The notes beneath the pieces were generated by a model. It worked only from the letters and a program-made list of their open reading frames with translations. It searched no databases and was not told the origin of the DNA. The position numbers and the translations under genes were made by a program. From a virus (taxonomy: Duplodnaviria; Heunggongvirae; Uroviricota; Caudoviricetes): a stretch of 4,324 bases of DNA. Each line of letters opens with the position of its first letter. Position 1 is the first letter of the stretch. The DNA lies in IMG/VR virus record IMGVR_UViG_3300000059_000077, positions 1 to 4,324 of that record, one strand, 5' to 3'. This document shows positions 1 to 4,324 of the stretch, piece after piece.

Positions 1-42
<42 letters not shown>

Positions 43-45
43 ATA

Positions 46-121
<76 letters not shown>

Positions 122-240
122 ATTGGTTCCTCAGGTGTGGATGAGATGCCCGGATACATAAATTACCCTCCCTTGGAACCGACGAAGAATAATAATGAAT
201 TCCGCTCCTGTTTCAATACAAACAATGTCAGGTATTTAAA

Positions 241-290
241 ACATAATTATACAATATTATAAAAATTAAAAAGTTCGCAAAAAAAAACTA
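241..290 (-). promoter_or_regulatory. AT-rich candidate promoter for the tRNA cluster (two TATAAT hexamers on the minus strand)
   Basis: The minus strand reads ...TTTTTATAATATTGTATAATTATG..., giving perfect TATAAT hexamers at 261-256 and 251-246, the second preceded by TG. A T9 run and TTGCGA sit upstream at 287-275. No clean 17-bp-spaced -35 was found, so this is a weak call. Confidence 0.3.
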
Positions 291-1334
291 ACTATTGTTT
301 CTTATTTCATCAAACGTTTGATTAAACCTGTCCGTTTCCAGCTCTACACCAATAGCTCTACGTTCCAGAGAGAGCGCAGCCTTTATAGTCGCCCCCGATC
401 CCATAAAAAAGTCTGCAACCAGTTCCCCCGGACGACTGCTGGCTGTAATTATCTGCCGCAACATATCTGCTGGCTTCTCACACGGATGTTTACCCGGATA
501 ATACTGCACAGGTTTGTGCGCCCAGACATCCGTATAAGGAACGGCAGCCGATACGGAAAAATAACGCCGCAGGGATTTGTACTCCTCCAGCAGGCTGGCA
601 TATTGTCGGTTCAGTTCGCTGTATGTGCTGACCAGCTGGTGGTGTGGCTTTTCCAGTTCACCGCGCTGATGTTTTTCTGCTGCAACACGCGCAAACAACG
701 CCTGCAGTTTTCTGTAATCAACCTCATTCGGCAACTGCCACTGACTGGCACCAAACCAGTGTGAAGCCATGTTTTTCTTTCCGGTGGCTTCCGCTATCTG
801 TTTTGATGTTATCCCCAGTGATACACGCGCATCACGAAAGTAAGAAATCAGCGGGGCCATGACGTGCTGTTTAAGCTTGCGCCCCTTTGCCGCATAGCCG
901 TCATTTTTGGGCTGGTATGGCCCCTGATAATGTTCTGCAAACAGAATGCGTTCTGTTGCCGGGAAATACGCCCGCAGGCTTTCCTTGTTGCATCCGTTCC
1001 AGCGTCCGGACGGCTTCGCCCAGATAATGTGGTTCAGCACATTAAAGCGCTCACGCATCATGATTTCGATATCAGATGCCAGGCGATGACCACAGAACAG
1101 GTAGAGACTTCCGGCAGGTTTCAGTACCCGCCAGAACTGCGCCAGACACTGGTCCAGCCATTTCAGGTAATCATCGTCGCCCTTCCACTGGTTATCCCAG
1201 CCCTCGGGCTTCACTTTAAAGTATGGCGGGTCTGTGACTATCAGATCGACAGAGTTTTCCGGTAAGGTCTGGATAAATTCCAGGCAATCAGCGTTGATTA
1301 ACTCACAACTGGATATTTTTACAGTATTAGCCAT
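288..1334 (-). CDS. DNA methyltransferase, beta-class amino-MTase (N6-adenine or N4-cytosine), orphan
   Basis: 348-aa ORF. Motif IV is LIVTDPPYF near the N-terminus and motif I is DFFMGSGAT near the C-terminus; this IV-before-I order defines beta-class amino-MTases (PF01555-type). No restriction endonuclease partner is visible in the window. Start ATG at 1334-1332 with only a weak SD (GAGAAG). Confidence 0.9.
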   Translation of the reverse strand: MANTVKISSCELINADCLEFIQTLPENSVDLIVTDPPYFKVKPEGWDNQWKGDDDYLKWLDQCLAQFWRVLKPAGSLYLFCGHRLASDIEIMMRERFNVLNHIIWAKPSGRWNGCNKESLRAYFPATERILFAEHYQGPYQPKNDGYAAKGRKLKQHVMAPLISYFRDARVSLGITSKQIAEATGKKNMASHWFGASQWQLPNEVDYRKLQALFARVAAEKHQRGELEKPHHQLVSTYSELNRQYASLLEEYKSLRRYFSVSAAVPYTDVWAHKPVQYYPGKHPCEKPADMLRQIITASSRPGELVADFFMGSGATIKAALSLERRAIGVELETDRFNQTFDEIRNNS

Positions 1335-1470
1335 AGATCAATAAGCACTTCTCTGATAGGCTCATACCGCTTTTGCGCAAAGCAGATGGGCCTGAGGTTT
1401 GCTTGTGACCCCAACGCATGAGCAGATGGCTGGCAGGTGCCGCTAACACCCACCAGCCGCCCATTACCAC

Positions 1471-1498
1471 AAATAAAAAAGCCTTCACTGCGGAAGGC
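1471..1498 (-). terminator. Candidate intrinsic terminator overlapping the stop codon of the 65-aa gene
   Basis: Minus-strand RNA GCCUUC-CGCAGU-GAAGGC forms a 6-bp stem (1498-1493 with 1486-1481) and 6-nt loop, followed by UUUUUUAUUU (1480-1471). Folded by eye; the stem is short, so strength is uncertain. Confidence 0.4.
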
Positions 1499-1682
1499 GT
1501 CTGTAACAACCGAACTGATAATCTGCCAGACCCGCCATAACAAGCTGGGTCAGTATTAACTGGCAGCGTTCACGTGAAAGGTAAGTATTCTGCGCAATTT
1601 TCCCGACGGTCGCCGGTTCGGTGACGCTTAATTCATTAAACACCACTCTGGCAGTTTCGGTCATATCCTGCTGTTTTAGCAT
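1485..1682 (-). CDS. Small (65 aa) putative winged-helix DNA-binding protein, possibly FaeA/PapI-like
   Basis: Sequence MLKQQDMTETARVVFNELSVTEPATVGKIAQNTYLSRERCQLILTQLVMAGLADYQFGCYRRLPQ. ATG at 1682 is preceded by AAGGA about 8 nt upstream. The track's TTG start at 1820 lies inside the terminator hairpin, so I reject it. The IA...LS...IL..L...G spacing resembles the FaeA/PapI regulator family as I recall it; this is a weak, unverified similarity. Confidence 0.5.
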   Translation of the reverse strand: MLKQQDMTETARVVFNELSVTEPATVGKIAQNTYLSRERCQLILTQLVMAGLADYQFGCYRRLPQ

Positions 1683-1805
1683 GTCTTTTTTCCTTTTCTG
1701 GTTAACGTGACATACCAATAGCTCTTGTCGAAAAAGCCAGCAAGCTGAAAGACCGGTATTCGCAACCATCAGCGCGTTTAACGTCCTGTACCGTTTTTCA
1801 GGCAT

Positions 1806-1829
1806 AAAAAAAACCCGCAAAAAGCGGGC
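1806..1829 (-). terminator. Strong intrinsic terminator downstream of the Q-like gene (tR'-like position)
   Basis: Minus-strand RNA CCCGC-UUUUU-GCGGG (stem from 1814-1818 and 1824-1828) is followed by a U8 run (1813-1806). It lies about 80 nt downstream of the Q stop codon. Confidence 0.8.
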
Positions 1830-1882
1830 TCTTTCAAATGTCCATGTCTGCTATTCGCCTCGCGGTACAGCTTTGCGAAGCG

Positions 1883-1911
1883 TACCGGCATTGAAGCAGT
1901 TTTTACGTCAA
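1883..1911 (-). promoter_or_regulatory. Candidate late promoter (pR'-like) overlapping the Q stop codon
   Basis: TTGACG (-35-like, 1911-1906) overlaps the Q stop TGA, and TGCTTCAAT follows downstream. No canonical 17-bp-spaced -10 was found. The placement mirrors lambda pR' sitting directly after Q, which is the main support. Confidence 0.2.
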
Positions 1912-2462
1912 AAAGCAATAACTTTTTTCTCTATACAAAAAGCCATAACCATTGGTTTGTACAAAATAAATTCTGCCACCTTTAGCCAATGCTCAATGCG
2001 TCTTTCACAGGTTCTTAAACTCCATTCCGGGTGTGCATCATTCAGCAGTTCAGCCATTTTGCGCTTAGTCATCCCCCGCCCCACATAACGCTGACTCAGG
2101 ACATTGAGCAGCCCGGGATAACCGGCCAGGGCTTCACCAATAACCCTGTCGATTATTAACGCCTCTGAATCGGTACAATGTGCCAGCCAGCTTTTTTGAT
2201 TGCCGTTGATCATATCCCGCAAAAAAGCCTCAAGTTCAGGTTTGTCCAGACCCGCTTTTTTCATCCTCCGGAGCGCCTCGTTAATTGCCGTTTTTGTCAG
2301 CTTTTTAGAGGTCAGTAATTGGTTGAACATATTTCCCGTCTTACCGTCGCCAATATACGACCAACGCCCCCACATACGCAGTTTCCCCTGAATCCAGACA
2401 CTTTCCAGCGTGGTGAGACGAAGGTGTTCTCCGCTTTTTCCTGTATTCGTTGGGTAAATCAT
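1908..2462 (-). CDS. Antitermination protein Q-like late-gene regulator (184 aa)
   Basis: Last gene of the nin-like operon, immediately followed by a promoter-like hexamer and a strong terminator. An N-terminal LRMWGRW motif resembles the WGxW motif I recall in DLP12 QuuD-type Q proteins. Start ATG at 2462 has an AAGGAAGG SD and overlaps the upstream stop as ATGA. The track's longer start at 2582 would overlap the YbcO-like gene by 120 nt. Confidence 0.55.
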   Translation of the reverse strand: MIYPTNTGKSGEHLRLTTLESVWIQGKLRMWGRWSYIGDGKTGNMFNQLLTSKKLTKTAINEALRRMKKAGLDKPELEAFLRDMINGNQKSWLAHCTDSEALIIDRVIGEALAGYPGLLNVLSQRYVGRGMTKRKMAELLNDAHPEWSLRTCERRIEHWLKVAEFILYKPMVMAFCIEKKVIAF

Positions 2463-2749
2463 AAATAACCTTCCTTTCTCCAGACTTCTTGTGTGCGAAA
2501 AACACCTTCTGCATGCATCAGGCGTAATTCTTCTTTGGTGTAATCGCTGGTTTTTACCCGCCCGTCGATTAAATCGTGGCACGAGCTACAGGCAATCGCT
2601 GCCTGCATATCGTGTGGTTTTATCGCCGTTCCACACGTTCCCGCCAGTCGGTAATGCGCCAGCACAGACGTTTCAGGATTGTGATTGCAGTATCCAGGGA
2701 TTCTGACCTGGCACATCTGGCCCCGCGCCACTTTACGTAAATTCACCAT
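2459..2749 (-). CDS. YbcO-like (DUF1364-type) Cys-rich putative nuclease/zinc-binding protein, 96 aa
   Basis: 96 aa with five cysteines (C13, C21, C39, C54, C57). Its size and position just upstream of Q match DLP12 ybcO. Its start overlaps the upstream stop (TAATG) and its stop overlaps the Q start (ATGA). Confidence 0.65.
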   Translation of the reverse strand: MVNLRKVARGQMCQVRIPGYCNHNPETSVLAHYRLAGTCGTAIKPHDMQAAIACSSCHDLIDGRVKTSDYTKEELRLMHAEGVFRTQEVWRKEGYL

Positions 2750-3348
2750 TACGCAAACTCCAGTAGCTGCGCGGCCACATTTTCGACTTGTTCCGGAGAG
2801 GAAAATTTACGGAACAGGATCCAGTTCCACAGCACATTCAGCACAGATTTATAAACCTGCTGAAACTCGGTTTCGTCCATATTCGCAAACGCGATGGATT
2901 TCGCTCGACGCCCGCGGCTACCGTCCGGATAAATATGCTCGGTGTAAAATCCGGCCTGAATGGTTACCCACTCGCGGAAAGCCTCAAACGACTTTAGCAA
3001 TGCCGTATCCCGGGTTCTGCGTGTCGCAACTGTATTCAGATATTGCTCTGCGGCTTCGCTCAGAGCTGGCGTATGTTCCCGGCCTACTGATTCACACAGG
3101 TAATCAACGAATCCTGAAACCAGTTTTCGTTCGCGAGGCGTGATCGCCCCTCCGACCGGAGTCCAGTAATCGAATCCGAGTTGCAGAAGTTTGAAAAAAC
3201 GCTTATGGAATGCGTAGTTACGAACGCGCTTAAAATCAGCGTGTATCCACTCGCCTATTTTGATTTGATGCAGAAAATCACAACTCTCCGGCGTCGCCGG
3301 GAGAAGTAAACCAGAAGAAGTTTGTTTGACCAGTTGTATATGCGCCAT
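2749..3348 (-). CDS. Phage nin-region protein of unknown function (199 aa; possibly DUF1367-like)
   Basis: Long ORF with a GGAG SD 6 nt upstream of the ATG at 3348. The track's TTG start at 3360 is less likely. The stop overlaps the next gene's start. The family assignment is from memory of a roughly 200-aa phage family and is not verified. Confidence 0.7.
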   Translation of the reverse strand: MAHIQLVKQTSSGLLLPATPESCDFLHQIKIGEWIHADFKRVRNYAFHKRFFKLLQLGFDYWTPVGGAITPRERKLVSGFVDYLCESVGREHTPALSEAAEQYLNTVATRRTRDTALLKSFEAFREWVTIQAGFYTEHIYPDGSRGRRAKSIAFANMDETEFQQVYKSVLNVLWNWILFRKFSSPEQVENVAAQLLEFA

Positions 3349-3407
3349 TGTTATCTCCAATGGCGCTGTAGGTTGCCAGTTGTTCAGGCTGGCTTACGAA
3401 TTATAAC

Positions 3408-3581
3408 TCATTCCCGAACCACCTTGAAACCGAGCCTTTCCAGGTATTCAATGAATGCCTCGATAGATAAAATCACATGATCATCAGGAATTAACGTTGT
3501 GTAGACAACTTTCCCATTCTCAACGCGCACAGCATAGAGGCCATTTTCACTAAAAATTTCACGCAATTCTTCGATTTTCAT
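3408..3581 (-). CDS. Hypothetical small protein (57 aa), absent from the ORF track
   Basis: Hand translation gives MKIEELREIFSENGLYAVRVENGKVVYTTLIPDDHVILSIEAFIEYLERLGFKVVRE. A GGAAGGA SD lies about 8 nt upstream of the ATG at 3581. Its position between hok and the nin-like genes corresponds to rem in K-12 Qin. Confidence 0.45.
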   Translation of the reverse strand: MKIEELREIFSENGLYAVRVENGKVVYTTLIPDDHVILSIEAFIEYLERLGFKVVRE

Positions 3582-3662
3582 CTTCAGAATCCTTCCAGAT
3601 AAATAGCTCTCCCCTTCTCAGGGTCCATCCCTCTTCTCCCTGCGCGCTAATTAAGTGAATCG

Positions 3663-3690
3663 ATTCTAGTCAGGCATACCAGCTAATCAA
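3663..3690 (-). promoter_or_regulatory. Candidate sigma70 promoter for the 57aa-199aa-YbcO-Q operon
   Basis: Minus strand has TTGATT (3690-3685), a 16-nt spacer, then TAGAAT (3668-3663). It lies between the hok terminator and the 57-aa ORF. Confidence 0.3.
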
Positions 3691-3730
3691 CAAACCCTGG
3701 TCGGTTAAATAGAAGGATTGGCTAAAATTT

Positions 3731-3760
3731 ATTAAAATAAAAAACCCGCCGAAGCGGGTT
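3731..3760 (-). terminator. Strong intrinsic terminator ending the hok transcript
   Basis: Minus-strand RNA AACCCGC-UUCG-GCGGGUU forms a 7-bp stem with a UUCG tetraloop, followed by UUUUAUUUUAAU. It sits 68 nt downstream of the hok stop codon. Confidence 0.8.
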
Positions 3761-3828
3761 AAGTGCGGGTGCGTTGAGGATGCCTGACACATCAGAGGTG
3801 GCGAGGGATTTCTCCCCCGCCTGGTCTC

Positions 3829-3984
3829 TTACTCCTCAGGTTCGTAAGCTGTGAAGACAGCGACCTCCGTCTGGCCGGTTCGGATTCGTACCTCGCAGAG
3901 GTCTTTCCTCGTTACCAGTGCCGTCACTATGACGGTTAAACAGATGACGATCAGGGCAATTAACATCGCCTTTTGCTGCTTCAT
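3829..3984 (-). CDS. hokD: Hok/Gef family type I toxin (51 aa), HokD/RelF-like
   Basis: Sequence MKQQKAMLIALIVICLTVIVTALVTRKDLCEVRIRTGQTEVAVFTAYEPEE. It has one N-terminal transmembrane helix and the LCEVR motif typical of Hok/Gef, and matches my recollection of K-12 HokD (RelF). An AAGGAGAAG SD lies 6 nt upstream. Confidence 0.9.
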   Translation of the reverse strand: MKQQKAMLIALIVICLTVIVTALVTRKDLCEVRIRTGQTEVAVFTAYEPEE

Positions 3985-4103
3985 AGCCTGCTTCTCCTTG
4001 CCTTTCGGCACGTAAGAGGCTAACCTACATGTGTCTAGCATGAAATTGGCCTCAGATTAATGTTAAGCGTCTTGCAGGACGCGTAATGTTAACTGGGGCT
4101 TCT

Positions 4104-4140
4104 CTATCTGCCTTTTGGTGTTCATGCCTGAGGCAGATAG
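4104..4140. repeat. Perfect 9-bp inverted repeat (CTATCTGCC / GGCAGATAG) with a 19-nt spacer, upstream of hok
   Basis: Read directly: 4104-4112 CTATCTGCC and 4132-4140 GGCAGATAG. The spacer contains the palindromic GCCTGAGGC. Confidence 0.6.
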
Positions 4141-4193
4141 CCTCAAGCACCCGCAGCAATTCTACTTAACTCTCCTTTTCCCGCAAACCGTTT

Positions 4194-4277
4194 TTATCCC
4201 CAGCGGCAAATCGAATACACCACCAGAGCCACCGCCATCGCAATTCCTACCGTGGTAAATGCCTCAGGCCAGGTCAT
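4194..4277 (-). CDS. 27-aa hydrophobic micro-protein (single predicted transmembrane segment)
   Basis: Sequence MTWPEAFTTVGIAMAVALVVYSICRWG. A near-consensus SD AGGAGGTG lies 5 nt upstream of the ATG at 4277. The start overlaps an upstream reading frame's stop as ATGA. Confidence 0.35.
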   Translation of the reverse strand: MTWPEAFTTVGIAMAVALVVYSICRWG

Positions 4278-4324
4278 CGATTCACCTCCTGCCCAATATT
4301 TTTAAGGTCATTTTCCGCATACAG
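4274..4324 (-). CDS. Possible 3' end of an ORF entering from the right edge (partial)
   Basis: The frame starting at 4324 is open for 16 codons (LYAENDLKNIGQEVNR) and ends with a TGA that overlaps the 27-aa ORF start. Too short to assess, and the other frames here are not excluded. Confidence 0.2.
   Translation of the reverse strand: MYAENDLKNIGQEVNR

Noticed and set aside
318-1265. Plus-strand track ORFs 318-764, 644-862 and 864-1265
   Set aside because: They lie entirely antisense to the methyltransferase ORF, which has clear catalytic motifs. None has a convincing SD and all have odd composition, so they are shadow ORFs.
1319-1543. Two overlapping minus-strand track ORFs (1319-1543 and 1327-1509) between the small gene and the methyltransferase, including a W/G-rich 45-aa sub-ORF from ATG 1464
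   Set aside because: They overlap the 3' end of the 65-aa gene and the terminator hairpin, have no recognisable SD, and run into the methyltransferase start. More likely chance frames in the intergenic region.
1485-1820. Track version of the small gene starting at TTG 1820 (111 aa)
   Set aside because: The first codons (MRVFF) are the U-tract and stem of the intrinsic terminator itself. The internal ATG at 1682 has an AAGGA SD and gives a compact 65-aa product.
1908-2582. Track version of the Q-like ORF starting at 2582 (224 aa)
   Set aside because: That start would overlap the YbcO-like gene by 120 nt in another frame. The ATG at 2462 has a strong SD and the ATGA coupling overlap.
1873-3143. 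Plus-strand track ORFs 1873-2088, 2200-2391, 2491-2706, 2685-3143 and 2788-2997
   Set aside because: Antisense shadows of the Q-like, YbcO-like and 199-aa genes, with no independent support.
3829-4041. 70-aa in-frame extended Hok starting at ATG 4041
   Set aside because: Hok/Gef toxins are about 50 aa and start at MK..; the internal ATG at 3984 has the stronger SD. Kept as an open question in the hok finding, not called as the CDS.
3984-4080. A mok-like overlapping reading frame upstream of and across hok
   Set aside because: One alternative frame has stops at 4037, 4022 and 3983. The other is open from 4024 to 3838 but has no ATG, GTG or TTG start.
129-4268. Apparent enrichment of CCTNAGG (five copies at 129, 1391, 3834, 4127 and 4262 against about one expected)
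   Set aside because: Noticed after the fact, small counts, and no positional pattern relative to genes. Could be checked against a shuffled-sequence background, but I do not treat it as a real signal.

Overview
This window reads as the late-control region of a lambdoid (Qin-like) prophage from an enterobacterium, with every supported gene on the minus strand. All calls rest on reading the sequence by eye plus recalled family knowledge; no search or folding program was run. In transcription order (high to low coordinates): the 3' end of an ORF entering from the right edge; a 27-aa hydrophobic peptide with a consensus Shine-Dalgarno; a Hok/Gef type I toxin whose protein matches HokD/RelF as I recall it, but with no relBE and no detectable mok frame; a strong intrinsic terminator; a short nin-like operon (57-aa ORF, 199-aa protein, 96-aa YbcO-like Cys-rich protein, 184-aa Q-like antiterminator) joined by overlapping stop/start codons; a promoter-like hexamer and a strong intrinsic terminator placed as lambdoid pR'/tR'; then late cargo made of a 65-aa putative winged-helix protein bracketed by two terminators, a 348-aa orphan beta-class amino-DNA methyltransferase (DPPY ... 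DFFMGSGAT), and two tightly packed tRNAs (Thr-UGU, then Gly-UCC cut by the window edge). The plus-strand ORFs in the track look like antisense shadows. The most interesting candidates are the terminator-insulated wHTH gene paired with the orphan methyltransferase, the phage-borne tRNA pair, and the hok locus with its upstream micro-peptide.
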